DNA of 64,000 nucleotides from Octopus vulgaris (lineage: Eukaryota). This document shows positions 39,146 to 52,050 of the stretch, in pieces. Both the position numbers and the translations under genes were made by a program. Each line of letters begins with the position of its first letter. The first letter of the stretch is position 1. Below the pieces are notes generated by a model. That model did no database searches, was not told the origin of the DNA, and saw only the letters and a list, made by a program, of their open reading frames with translations. The stretch spans positions 24,366,001-24,430,000 of the forward strand of contig OX597817.1 in assembly GCA_951406725.2 (NCBI GenBank), read 5' to 3'.

Positions 39146-39607
39146 GAGCTTCACAGAGAAGAAAACAATTTGAAATTATTTGCAAACTAATGGTCCCGTA
39201 AACCAAGAAGACTTTAAAAATATATATGAACAAAACACGGTTTCAGATGTTGTTCATATTGTAAATTTAGTCAATAAAAGGTTTTGCAGTTTGATTATTA
39301 GAGCTTTTACTTTGATAGATATATGTAAATAAACATTGGTGAATAAGCATGGTGATACTCATATGTGGTAGGTTTAGTCCGCTAGTTATATTTATCACTA
39401 GCAATATGATCACTACTAAATGTACCACCTCTACCACTACAGCCACTACCAGCACCATTCTCTCTATTACAACTTAGTCCAAGTGACCCTTCAGCAAATT
39501 CCTGTCCACATTTGGACTAGGTCCCTGGTGTCTTCCTATTTCGCCCTACCAGTCACAGAGGTTTTGTAAAGAAGCTCATGGACATTGTCCTTTTCTTCTC
39601 ACTGAAG

Positions 39608-40010
39608 CATCATCATCATCATCATCATTTAACATCTGTTGTCCATGTTGGCAAGGGTTGGATGGTTTGATCAGGGTTGGCAAGCTGAGGGGCTGCATCA
39701 TATTTCAGTCTGATTTGGTATAGTTTCTACAGCTTGATGCTCTTCCTAATGCCAACCACTCCAAGAGTAGATCGGGTGTTTTTACGTGCCACTAGCATGG
39801 GTGCCATTTGTGTGACACCACTATCTGCCATGACTACAATTGCACTTCGCTTGATGGGCCTTCTACTCAAGCACAGCATATTACCGAAGGTCTCAGTCAT
39901 TTGTCATTGCCTCTGTGAGGGCCAATGCTCAAAAGGTGCTTTTTACATACTACCAATATGAGTGCTAGTCACATGACACCAGTATTAGTCACATTGCTTC
40001 CATGAGGCCC
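39608..40010 (-). mobile_element. SINE-like family C variant
   Basis: (ATC)n tail and core; body similar to 45310-45865. Confidence 0.8.
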
Positions 40011-40453
40011 TCACAAACTAGTAACCTTACCCACCAGTATAAGCCAAATACAATATGCTCATTGAGTTCTTGTTTAGGGGCAATGGCAGAGCCTATAACT
40101 TATTAAAGGATCTCCATGATGTACAAGAAGGAAGAAGAGAGAAAGGTAGCCTCAAAATGGACACTTGGCCTGAATGCTTTCAACAGTGTGGGACATCATT
40201 AAAGGAACTGAAGAATCAGGTGGTGATGTTAAACCAGACAATGGATGAATCAGTGATCAAGTAGATCAGTGTGGGATTTGAACTCGGAATATAAAGAACC
40301 ACAACAAACATCCACAAAGTATCCTATCTGATGCTGTTTAAGATTTTATCAGTCCATAGCATAGGACTGGTACATTAGTAATTGGTCCCAAAGAGATGCA
40401 AGTCAACGTTGACCCCAGTAATATTAATACTAATAACAAAATAAATATTGCCT

Positions 40454-43400
40454 AGAATTTTGTCTAAGGTCCTAACAAGTCTGCCTTGAAGAGCTGCTAA
40501 ATTTATTTCCATCAAAACACTAACATCTTCAAGGAAGGCAGGACAGAATTTTGTCTAAGGTCCTAACAAGTCTGCCTTGAAGAGCTGCTAAATTTATTTA
40601 CATCAAAACACTAACATCTTCAAGGAAGGCAGGACAGAATTTGGTCTTAGGTCCTAACAAGTATGCCTTGAAGAGCTGCTAAATTTATTTACATCAAAAC
40701 ACTAACATCTTCAAGGAAGGCAGGACAGAATTTTGTCTAAGGTCCTAACAAGTCTGCCTTGAAGAGCTGCTAAATTTATTTACATCAAAACACTAACATC
40801 TTCAAGGAAGGCAGGACAGAATTTTGTCTAAGGTCCTAACAAGTCTGCCTTGAAGAGCTGCTAAATTTATTTACATCAAAACCCTAACATCTTCAAGGAA
40901 GGCAGGACAGAATTTGTCTAAGGTCCAAACGAGTCTGCCTTGAAGAGCTGCTAAATTTATTTACATCAAAACACTAACATCTTCAAGGAAGGCAGGACAG
41001 AATTTTGTCTAAGGTCCTAAAAAGTCTGCCTTGAAGAGCTGCTAAATTTATTTACATCAAAACCCTAACATCTTCAAGGAAGGCAGGACAGAATTTTGTC
41101 TAAGGTCCTAACAAGTCTGCCTTGAAGAGCTGCTAAATTTATTTACATCAAAACACTAACATCTTCAAGGAAGGCAGGACAGAATTTTGTCTAAGGTGCT
41201 AACAAGTCTGCCTTGAAGAGCTGCTAAATTTATTTCCATCAAAACACTAACATCTTCAAGGAAGGCAGGACAGAATTTTGTCTAAGGTCCTAAAAAGTCT
41301 GCCTTGAAGAGCTGCTAAGTTTATTTACATCAAAACCCTAACATCTTCAAGGAAGGCAGGACAGAATTTGTCTAAGGTCCAAACGAGTCTGCCTTGAAGA
41401 GCTGCTAAATTTATTTACATCAAAACCCTAACATCTTCAAGGAAGGCAGGACAGAATTTTGTCTAAGGTCCAAACGAGTCTGCCTTGAAGAGCTGCTAAA
41501 TTTATTTCCATCAAAACACTAACATCTTCAAGGAAGGCAGGACAGAATTTTGTCTAAGGTCCTAACAAGTCTGCCTTGAAGAGCTGCTAAATTTATTTAC
41601 ATCAAAACACTAACATCTTCAAGGAAGGCAGGACAGAATTTTGTCTAAGGTCCCAACAAGTCTGCCTTGAAGAGCTGCTAAATTTATTTACATCAAAACT
41701 CTAACATCTTCAAGGAAGGCAGGACAGAATTTTGTCTAAGGTCCTAACAAGTCTGCCTTGAAGAGCTGCTAAATTTATTTACATCAAAACTCTAACATCT
41801 TCAAGGAAAGCAGGACAGAATTTTGTCTAAGGTCCTAACAAGTCTGCCTTGAAGAGCTGCCAAATTTATTTACATCAAAACCCTAACATCTTCAAGGAAG
41901 GCAGGACAGAATTTTGTCTAAGGTCCTAACAAGTCTGCCTTGAAGAGCTGCTAAATTTATTTACATCAAAACACTAACATCTTCAAGGAAGGCAGGACAG
42001 AATTTTGTCTAAGGTGCTAACAAGTCTGCCTTGAAGAGCTGCTAAATTTATTTACATCAAAACACTAACATCTTCAAGGAAGGCAGGACAGAATTTTGTC
42101 TAAGGTGCCAACAAGTCTGCCTTGAAGAGCTGCTAAATTTATTTCCATCAAAACACTAACATCTTCAAGGAAGGCAGGACAGAATTTTGTCTAAGGTCCT
42201 AAAAAGTCTGCCTTGAAGAGCTGCTAAGTTTATTTACATCAAAACCCTAACATCTTCAAGGAAGGCAGGACAGAATTTGTCTAAGGTCCAAACGAGTCTG
42301 CCTTGAAGAGCTGCTAAATTTATTTACATCAAAACCCTAACATCTTCAAGGAAGGCAGGACAGAATTTTGTCTAAGGTCCAAACGAGTCTGCCTTGAAGA
42401 GCTGCTAAATTTATTTCCATCAAAACACTAACATCTTCAAGGAAGGCAGGACAGAATTTTGTCTAAGGTCCTAACAAGTCTGCCTTGAAGAGCTGCTAAA
42501 TTTATTTACATCAAAACACTAACATCTTCAAGGAAGGCAGGACAGAATTTTGTCTAAGGTCCCAACAAGTCTGCCTTGAAGAGCTGCTAAATTTATTTAC
42601 ATCAAAACTCTAACATCTTCAAGGAAGGCAGGACAGAATTTTGTCTAAGGTCCTAACAAGTCTGCCTTGAAGAGCTGCTAAATTTATTTACATCAAAACT
42701 CTAACATCTTCAAGGAAAGCAGGACAGAATTTTGTCTAAGGTCCTAACAAGTCTGCCTTGAAGAGCTGCCAAATTTATTTACATCAAAACCCTAACATCT
42801 TCAAGGAAGGCAGGACAGAATTTTGTCTAAGGTCCTAACAAGTCTGCCTTGAAGAGCTGCCAAATTTATTTACATCAAAACACTAACATCTTCAAGGAAG
42901 GCAGGACAGAATTTTGTCTAAGGTCCTAAAAAGTCTGCCTTGAAGAGCTGCTAAATTTATTTACATCAAAACACTAACATCTTCAAGGAAGGCAGGACAG
43001 AATTTTGTCTAAGGTCCTAACAAGTCTGCCTTGAAGAGCTGCTAAATTTATTTCCATCAAAACACTAACATCTTCAAGGAAGGCAGGACAGAATTTTGTC
43101 TAAGGTCCTAACAAGTCTGCCTTGAAGAGCTGCTAAATTTATTTCCATCAAAACACTAACATCTTCAAGGAAGGCAGGACAGAATTTTGTCTAAGGTCCT
43201 AATAAGTCTGCCTTGAAGAGCTGCTAAATTTATTTCCATCAAAACACTAACATCTTCAAGGAAGGCAGGACAGAATTTTGTCTAAGGTGCTAACAAGTCT
43301 GCCTTGAAGAGCTGCTAAATTTATTTCCATCAAAACACTAACATCTTCAAGGAAGGCAGGACAGAATTTTGTCTAAGGTGCTAACAAGTCTGCCTTGAAG

Positions 43401-43454
43401 AGCTGCTAAATTTATTTACATCAAAACCCTAACATCTTCAAGGAAAGGCAGGAC
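40454..43454. repeat. Tandem satellite, 33 copies of a 91-bp unit
   Basis: Unit AGAATTTTGTCTAAGGTCCTAACAAGTCTGCCTTGAAGAGCTGCTAAATTTATTTACATCAAAACACTAACATCTTCAAGGAAGGCAGGAC. Three units are 90 bp; copies differ at only a few positions. Confidence 0.98.
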
Positions 43455-43709
43455 ACTTTGCATAATGTAGCCTAGGATACATTTACTTTAAATAAAGAAA
43501 AATAAAAGAAAAAGAGAAGGGATTGTGACTGCTGGAATGTTTTGACTAGCTCTATCAATTGGGGCTGACCTCAGGCTAAACATCATCAATAACAACCTCG
43601 TCTGCCACAGACACTTACAATCATTGGTTTATTTGTATATCGCAACCCTTACTAGTGATATCCATTACTATTATATTTTGGTAAACAAATATTTTCTGAA
43701 ATGATATCT

Positions 43710-43803
43710 ATGTACACACACACATGTGTGTGTATGTGTATGTACCTACATGCACATATATATATACATATATACATATATATATATATATGTATACATA
43801 TGT

Positions 43804-43834
<31 letters not shown>

Positions 43835-43866
43835 CGCACACACATACATACATACATACATATATG

Positions 43867-43906
<40 letters not shown>

Positions 43907-43991
43907 AATATATATATATGTATGTGTATATATATGTATACACACATATATACATATATATATGTATATACATATATGTATATATACACAC

Positions 43992-44040
<49 letters not shown>

Positions 44041-44053
44041 CACATACATACAT
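43710..44053. repeat. Compound TA/CA/TG microsatellite
   Basis: Directly visible; source of the YIYI-type ORFs. Confidence 0.97.
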
Positions 44054-44404
44054 AAATTTATTCATCACACAAGTTTTCTCAGATACTCAGGCATGAGGCA
44101 GCAGAATATCAAATCAATCATTTAGCCTAATAATACCTATTTTTATCCAATTAATATATTGTATCAACAAATCTTGTGTACAGAGAGACCCAAAGTCCAA
44201 AGAATTACTTCACATTGTACAGTAATAAGTGGCCTTTCAGAAAGAAGATGAATAGCTTTTTAGCAATGAATAGATAATTTATGGTAAAATGTTCCAGTAT
44301 TTGCCAAAACTCTCTCGTTCATGAAAGGAAATTCAAAATTATTTACATTCTGTATTTTTAAGCAAGACCCATTTGTGTTTCATATTCTTCTTGATGCTGA
44401 TGTT

Positions 44405-44694
44405 AGTTTATTATTATTATTATTATTATTATTATCATCATCATTATTTTTATTATTATTTTTATTATTTTTATTATTATTACTACTACTGTATTTTAAA
44501 TAATTTCATGAATATTATTGTTGTTATTGTTATTACTTTTATTAATATATCATTGTCATTTTAATATCATTATGAAGAGGTCTTTTTTTTCTCTCGTGGG
44601 TCTATGCAGTAGATGAGTCCAAATGATAATTTCACTTTCCCCCTCTCTCCCCATCTTTCTCAGTTTATCTCTTCTTCTTCTTCTTATTATTATT

Positions 44695-44735
<41 letters not shown>

Positions 44736-44818
44736 CATTATTATTATTATTATTATCATTATTATCCTCATCATTATTATTATTGTTATCCTCATCATTA
44801 TTATTATTATTATTATTT
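44405..44818. repeat. Two (TTA/TCA)n trinucleotide tracts
   Basis: Tracts at ~44405-44540 and ~44670-44818. Confidence 0.93.
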
Positions 44819-45309
44819 TCCTCTTTGAAAGAAATGGATTAAAGTTTAGTTTGAATACTTAACCAATGAAATAATGAAACAAAGTTGGAGCATATTGATT
44901 ATTGGCAAGGGTCACTCCATTAATGCAAATTGTAAAAAGAAAAGAAACAGACATTAAAATGATAAAAGAATGGAATCTAATTTTACCAAAAACTATTTTT
45001 TCTCAAAACAAAAACAAAAAAAAAAGATTTTTTTTTCAAATATACAAAGGGGTAAAAATAAATATAATTTTTAAAAAAACATATTGAGAGATGGATATTT
45101 CTATAAAAAATTATTTTGGCAAAATAGTAAGAACCTAACATTATATAATCTTAGAATTATGAAAGAATATTTCTGGCTGTGCAAACAATTTAAGGAATCA
45201 TTTTGAAGAAGTTCTACAACATTCAACAACAACAACAGTCACACTTTAATTTTACAGTCACCATCCATAATTTTATTTTAACCACCACCATCAATAACAA
45301 CAACAGCAA

Positions 45310-45865
45310 CAAACATCATCATCATCATCTTCATCATTTAACATTCATTGCCCATGCTGACATGGGTTGGACGGTTTGACCAGGGCTAGTAAGCTGAGGG
45401 TCTGCACCAGACCCCAGTCTGATTTGGCATCGATTCTATGGCTGGATGCCCTTTTTAACACCAAACACTCTGAGAGTGTAACAGGTGCCTTCATGTGCCA
45501 CTGGCACAGGTGCCAGTTGCATGGCACCAATATCTGTGATGACTACAATTTCACTTGGCTTGATGGGTCTTCTTCTCAACATCTTGGTCATTTGTCATTG
45601 CCTCTGTGCAGCCCAATACTCGAAAGGTTCTTTTTATGTGCCACTGGCACGGGTGCTAGTTATGTGACACTAGCATTGGCCACATTGCCTCCATGAGTCC
45701 CAATGCTCCAAAGATGCTTTTTACATGCCACTAGCACAGGTACTAGTTACATGACAGCAGCATTGGTCGCATTGCCTCTATGAGGTCCAAAGCTTGAAAG
45801 ATTCTCTGATGTGGTACCAATACAAGTGCCAGTAACATGACACTGGCATCAGCCATGACTATGAC
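45310..45865 (-). mobile_element. SINE-like family C variant with subrepeats
   Basis: (ATC)n tail, ggatgcccttttt..caccaaacactctgagagtgta core, three ~80-bp subrepeats. Confidence 0.82.
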
Positions 45866-46138
45866 AACTGAAAACTTATGAACCATAAAACCTACTAAAA
45901 AAATTACACAAAACTTTATATTTCTAATGAATACTTTTACTTGATTGACTTTTAGAAAAAGTAAAATTGAATGAATGCATATGTATTTGTATGAACATGT
46001 GTATGTGTGTGATAGTATATGTGTGTGTATTTATATGATAACAGCAATAGTTTCATTTCATCTTTCTACATAACAAGATTTTGAGGGACATGATTTTGTT
46101 ACAATTGGATTTTTCATTACCAAATTTAGTAGTGTCAT

Positions 46139-46170
<32 letters not shown>

Positions 46171-46280
46171 AACCCTTATTATTGTTGACATTTTAAGTCT
46201 TAAAGTCATTCTATTATTTATAGCTATTAACTTTTTTCACTCAGCACTTAATTATAAGTCATTAATTTTCCCTAAAATAG

Positions 46281-46442
46281 GTTCTTGGGTCGAGAACTTG
46301 TTCAGCGTTATTATCTTTGATTTCACCATTTAGCAGAAGTTTTGTTTTAAACTTCATAACTCATATCACAAATGCTGGTGCTGATGATATTGACGATGCA
46401 CATTGCCAGTTAGTGCCAATTAAACAGATCTTTGGCTTAGAG
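46281..46442 (+). other. Candidate coding exon (162 nt, phase 0-0), product unknown
   Basis: ttttccctaaaatag|GTT...GAG|gtaatc. Open as VLGSRTCSALLSLISPFSRSFVLNFITHITNAGADDIDDAHCQLVPIKQIFGLE. No family recognised. Confidence 0.3.
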
Positions 46443-47040
46443 GTAATCTAGTATTTCAGGCAGTAAATAAATCTATGGGAGATGTAAGTGACCAAGTCAA
46501 CAGATTTGAAGATTACCAGCCCACAGAAGAAGGCTTTATATGTTGTCACCAGTGCTACTTTATATTCCAATCAACAGTACTTAATTCACAACATCCTGAT
46601 CCAAGAGGCCACTAAATGGTCACTTGACATACTAAAATAACAGTCAAATCTTTGAATTCAGAACCCACATTTTATAAGAAGGATGGATATGATAATGTAA
46701 TGAAAACCTGAAAAAATAAAATGGGATATTAATAGCTGGATGAACTCCTTTCTTGTAGGCATAGGTCTAGACTATATTTGAACTTATATTTTCTCAATAA
46801 AGAGTAATGATGCTTTTATGTCTAAGGTCATTGACACATGTACTTACTAAATATGAGCTTATAAACACAGCAGAATTTTATTTAGTTATCATGCTACAAC
46901 TCCTAGTTTAGAAATAAGATCCTTTGTTCAAACCCTGCCAGGTACAATATGCACATCCAGGAATAAGAAAGCTGTTGTCAAGTGAAGAGCAAACTAATTA
47001 AAATATACTGAAGATATAAATATTAATAACTATTCATCAC

Positions 47041-47334
47041 TTAAGATGAGGCTGCTGCTCCAGAGGAATTTCAACCATGTTTCGTGGTCCGCTACCACAA
47101 CAGCTCCTTTATAGGATCCAGTTAGCTCAAGACATTATCAAGAGGAACCACGTCCGGTTTCGGCCCCTACTCCTCTGCCGTTTTGATGTGACGGGGCCCT
47201 CCCTTTTGGAGATGTCTTCAGCTCTGGTGTTGGGTGCATGTCTTCTTTCTTCTTCTTTCTTCTGTTCCCTGGCCTCTTCAATGTAGCGTCAATAAGTGTC
47301 AGCAGGCGACTGACTGACTTGTCAAATTTTTTCC
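47041..47334 (-). other. Candidate exon, GC-richer unique block (3' end uncertain)
   Basis: Long poly-T tract then catatttaaag|GG acceptor. One frame is open (KKFDKSVSRLLTLIDATLKRPG...GRGSS*) up to 47138. Confidence 0.4.
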
Positions 47335-47777
47335 CTTTAAATATGAAAAAAAAAAAATTTGACACTACAATCTTATTGACTTCTAACAGCAGTGTAAAAC
47401 CACAAATTTGGAAAAAGGGAAACATCAATAATAATTATCTCAGTAATTGGATGGATGCTGTTTATTTTATCCTTCTATGCTCAGGATACAAAGGATTTCA
47501 ACTCAGGATATAAAGGTATGCAACTAAATACCACAAAACATAAGATAATTGAAAAACTTTAATCCTATGAACAATAGCAGATGTTTAGATATTTAACCTG
47601 ATAGAGGTGCATTTCATTTTGTCTCTATAGTGAGAAAAACAGTTTTATAATACTGCGGTTAATTCATTTTACTTACAAAAATGACTGTGAAACTAATAAA
47701 GTGATTATTACTAACTTCTAAAACCATATTTCATTGCCTTATCAATAATCTGAATTATCAGTTAAATATTTTCCATA

Positions 47778-48188
47778 CAGGAGTGGCTGTGTGGTAAGTA
47801 GCTTGCTTACCAACCACATAGTTCCGGGTTCAGTCCCACTGCATGGCACCTTGGGCAAGTGTCTTCTTCCATAGCCTCAGGCCGACCAAAGCCTTGTGAG
47901 TGGAATTGGTAGACGGAAACTGAAAGAAGCCCGTCGTATATATGTATATATATGTATATATATATATGTGTGTGTGTGTATGTTTGTGTGTCTGTGTTTG
48001 TCCCGCTGGCATTGCTTGACAACCGATGCTGGTGTGTTTATGTCCCCGTCACTTAGCGGTTTGGCAAAATAGACCGATAGAATAAGTACTGGGCTTACAA
48101 AAGAATAAGTCCCGGGGTCGAGTTGCTCGATTAAAGGCGGTGCTTTAGCATGGCCACAGTCAAATGACTGAAACAAGTAAAAGGAGTA
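47778..48188 (+). mobile_element. SINE family A
   Basis: Full body, near-identical to 32093-32494. Confidence 0.93.
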
Positions 48189-48579
48189 GGTTTGGTGAGT
48201 CTGCCATATAGTCATGTAACCCACTCTCTTGTTTTTGCATTGTTTCCTGTGGATTAACAAAGATTTGATACTGACACCTAATCTTCATATATTACTATGT
48301 CATGATTACATTCCCCAATCAGTATACAGCAAACCTTCACCCAGGACTCATTTTCCATTTATGTCACTTATTCATAGCAATTTTGTAATTTCTCTTACAC
48401 ATCATTAACTGATATATTTAATTCCCAGCCTTCAATATGCTCCAGCTTACCAGCAAACTGTCCAACCCATGCCAGCATCGACAATGGCCATAATGCTAAC
48501 TTATAGTATAAGAGTAACTGTATAATACATGTGATCTATTAGGCTGTTGTACTGTTTAATTTGCAGAAATTGTTTTTAC

Positions 48580-48670
48580 CTTGCAAACTGGAAGTAACAT
48601 CATTCTACCTTGGCATATACATCAACTAATTATTGATGGAAAGGTCTTTCTGGCCAGTGTATGCATGACA
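48580..48670 (-). other. Candidate non-coding exon (91 nt)
   Basis: tttctattatcttgtag|TGT...CAAG|gtaaaa; stops in all three frames. Confidence 0.3.
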
Positions 48671-48998
48671 CTACAAGATAATAGAAACAGAACTCTTACA
48701 CAGTAGCTTTGTTTCAAACACAGGTTTGTCATTGTTCCACATGCTACATGTTGTGCCATCCAAGCTCACCAATGGGAAATAAAAGAAAGTAATGCATGTA
48801 GCCATGTTGGCAAAATAAATATGAAATTCTTGTCGGTGGTGTATTTCTTGGCTGAATTATATTTCTATTTTCTGAGATGCTTCATTTTACAAACAAAACA
48901 TAATAGCAATTTCACTAATTGTAGGAAAACGCTACTACCTACAGTCAGAACCTCATCTAAGAGCGATTCAGATGTCTAGGAAACTGTATTTTCCTTAC

Positions 48999-49236
48999 GT
49001 GTACATTCCATTTTTTGCAATGCGAACAAACTTATACTTGCACATAGTACATGCGTTGTGAAACATCATAATTTCTTGTGCTGTGTTAATCACATTCGGC
49101 ATATATTTTACATTTGAGGTGCTTCTATCTGGATTGTAAATCTTCTTCAGCATCAATAATGTAAAACTGATCATATGCTGAGTGATCATTTTTCAGGTAT
49201 GGAGCAGAAGTAGAATGACATGTCTTTCCTTGAATT
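48999..49236 (-). other. Candidate exon (238 nt)
   Basis: tcttattgctttag|AAT...TACAC|gtaagg; each frame has at least one stop. Confidence 0.35.
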
Positions 49237-49586
49237 CTAAAGCAATAAGATCGCAATAATTGAAGACTTGAGGAACTAAGGGAAACCAATACACAAAACA
49301 AGTAAAGGATAGAAGAACAAAAACAAGAAAGTCAAAAGAAAAAGACAGGAAAGAGAAAATCTTGGAATATTTTCCTTGCTGTCTTACTTTCTACTGTTCC
49401 TTGATAAAAAAAATTTTTTTTTGTCATGTTGAATGTGCTTTCCTTTAGAATACCGTGGTAATATTTTCCTACAAAATGGAAAATCTGAAGGAACACGAAC
49501 ATCCAATAATGATGATAAAGTAAATAGTAAGTAAAAGAATAATATTTAAAACTATAAAGCACACTGTATGGTGAAATTGTTGTAAT

Positions 49587-49900
49587 TTCTAACTAGAAAG
49601 GGTATGGCCTGGTCAGCCTGTAATGACATGCATAACATCTGGTCATCAAATCTAAGTAGAGACTTCAAACTTGAAATCTTCAAAGCCACAGTCGAACCAA
49701 TTCTACTATATGGCTCAGAAACCTGGACGCTATCAAAGAAGCTTGAGGGCGCACACTCTCCTACCCTGATGTAATCTCCAGGAATACAGGCATCCAACAA
49801 CAGGACCTCCGTAATGCCATGATAGACCGTGAAGTCTGGCGTAGCATGGTAAATTCCATTGTCTTGACCACGGTCGAACAATGATGAATGATGATGATGT
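49587..49900 (+). mobile_element. RTE LINE 3' fragment with an internal deletion
   Basis: RKGMAWSACNDMHNIW...ATVEPILLYGSETWTL is joined directly to the C-terminal segment; (TGA)n tail. Confidence 0.9.
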
Positions 49901-50032
49901 TGTAGAATTGCAGAAAATGAAGAAACAGAGGATACTGTTACTTACCACGTACAATTAGTATAATTTAATTGAAGTGGCATTATGCTTTCCATAATCGTGC
50001 ACTTAAATGATTATTTAGATATATTATCCTTT

Positions 50033-50665
50033 CATCATCATCGTCATCATCATTTAACGTCTGTGTTCCATGAGTGGGATGGTACCGCAAAAGCCTGCCA
50101 GGCTGAAATCTGCACCAGACTTCTGTGACTGTTTTGGCAAGATTTTTACAGCTGGATGCTCTTCCTAACACCAACCATTCAGCAGATTAGACTTAGTGCT
50201 TTTTATGTGGTACAAGCACACGTGAGGTCAGTTTTGGCAAGGTTTTTATAGCTGGATGCCCTTCCGAACACTTTGCAGTATGGACTGGGTGCTTTTAAGT
50301 GGCACCTGTACTGATAGGGTCACCGAGTACTTGCAAGACAAAAACTTTTAAGAAGGGAGGAGGGATTGGAAGAGGGGATGATGAAATGGTTATAGTGAGA
50401 CAGACACAGGTGTCTTGCTGTAGAGGAAGTACAAGGTTACCCAGCCGGAGAGAGAAAGATCAGGAATGATGATAGAAACAGGTGTACTACCGCAAAGAAA
50501 ATACATGGTTGCCACTCTGAGGGAAGTGCAGGAGAAAGAGCAGGAGTAGGAGACTGCAGGATGGAGATGGTGGCAAAATTCCGAGCATACTCACAAAGAA
50601 TAGGGATCAGAGAATAAATGAGATGGTTGAGTAAAGGAAGAGAGAGATATAGATAGTGGTAAGTG
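50033..50665 (-). mobile_element. Family C-related element with purine-rich tandem subrepeats
   Basis: (ATC)n-tttaacgtc signature, duplicated ggcaagatttttacagctggatgc core, then AG-rich units. Confidence 0.65.
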
Positions 50666-50709
50666 CCAGGGCATATTTTCTATTAAAAAAATAAATAACA
50701 CTTTCACTT

Positions 50710-52050
50710 TACCTGCATACATTGAGCATTGTTTTTCAATTTGGAAAGCAATCTAGGATGCCAAACAGAACAAGACAAGTCTGAACGTGGTATGGTTTGA
50801 TCTAGCTAATGCATGTGGCTCAGAGTCACATGTATTATTGATGAGAGCAATGGACCACTTCCACCTTCCAGAGAAAGTAACAAGTTTAACGAGGATATAT
50901 TCAGGTAGTTTCAAGATGAGGTTTACAGCTGGAAATTATACAACAGAGTGACACTGATTGGAGATTGGCATTGCTGCTGGCTACATAATATCTGTCACAT
51001 GGTTTATCTTAGTCATGGAGATGATTTTGAAAGCAGCAGACGTTTCCAAACAGATCACCCTTGTACAATCACCTAGATGATGTGACGTTGTTGAGAGGAG
51101 AATAAGTTGGAATGAGATATGGAGGTGAACTACATCATTGCTAAGTTTTCTGATTTGTTCATCCCACAATGTCTTGCCATTGCCTACAAATCTAGTAAGA
51201 TGGAACGTCTCAGAAAATGATATATGCATATGTGGAAAAGTCGGAACACTGAAACATATTCTTTCCAACTGTTCACTGGCATTGAATAGATATACATGGA
51301 GACACAATCTGGTCCTTAATGTTATCTTTAGTGCTATAAAGAACCAAATTACTCTCGTCAACAGTAGAAATGGGTTATTGAAAGAACCAACCAGAAATTT
51401 TGTTACTTTGATGCACTCAGTACAGCAAATCCATTTCAAGAAGAAGAAATTTTCTGTGAGTGATGGAATTGGAATGAAATTGGAATGGCTATTGGAAGGT
51501 GGCTTCAGATTTACCAGGTTGCCAAGGATTCTTTCCCATCACAGTTATGAAAAAACGGATATTATAATGTGGTGTGAAAGAAAGAAAGTGGTGAATCTAG
51601 AGGAGTTAACAGCTCCTCATGAAAATAACACTGATGTCGCTCAGGCTTATAAGATTGACTGCTATGTAAACCTTCTTGAGGAATGTGAAGATGCAGGTTG
51701 GAAATCAGAATATTTTCCAATTGATGTCGGATGTAGAGGATTGGTTGGATACAGTGTGAGGTGAATGTTGTTATCATTAAGCCTAACTCATTGTAAAGCA
51801 AATACCACCATGAACAATATCCAAACTACAGTGGAAAAGGCTAGCCACTTGATTTGGTTACAAAGAGACGATGAGCGATGGCCAGAAGAATATTGAGTTA
51901 TGTCTGATCACAAGTTGATCTAGCAAGTGGGGCCTCATGTTAGTGAGGTGGAAGCTGGTGTGCAATGATCCTGTGGAGTGGTCAGCCCCAAAATGGTGCG
52001 CATTCTCTCCTGATGTCCCCACACACTTGCTGCCTTCTGGTATATAGAGC
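50710..52050 (+). mobile_element. HERO/NeSL-like RLE-type LINE, decayed and internally deleted
   Basis: RT: VVWFDLANACGS.SH...LEIGIAAG..IS..WFILVME. Then LP.PTNLVRW, zinc knuckle CICGKVGTLKHILSNC, RYTWRHN, and RLE DII..ELTAPHE..PIDVGCRG. Confidence 0.88.

Noticed and set aside
40454-43454. CRISPR array or coding repeat
   Set aside because: Whole 91-bp units repeat with no unique spacers, there are no cas genes, the context is eukaryotic, the unit length is not a multiple of three and no ORF is listed.
43652-44862. Long overlapping ORFs (YIYI, poly-I, poly-Y)
   Set aside because: Translations of di- and trinucleotide microsatellites.
51138-51764. 208-aa ORF as a host zinc-finger gene
   Set aside because: It is the zinc knuckle and RLE part of a decayed LINE, with stops and frameshifts on both sides.
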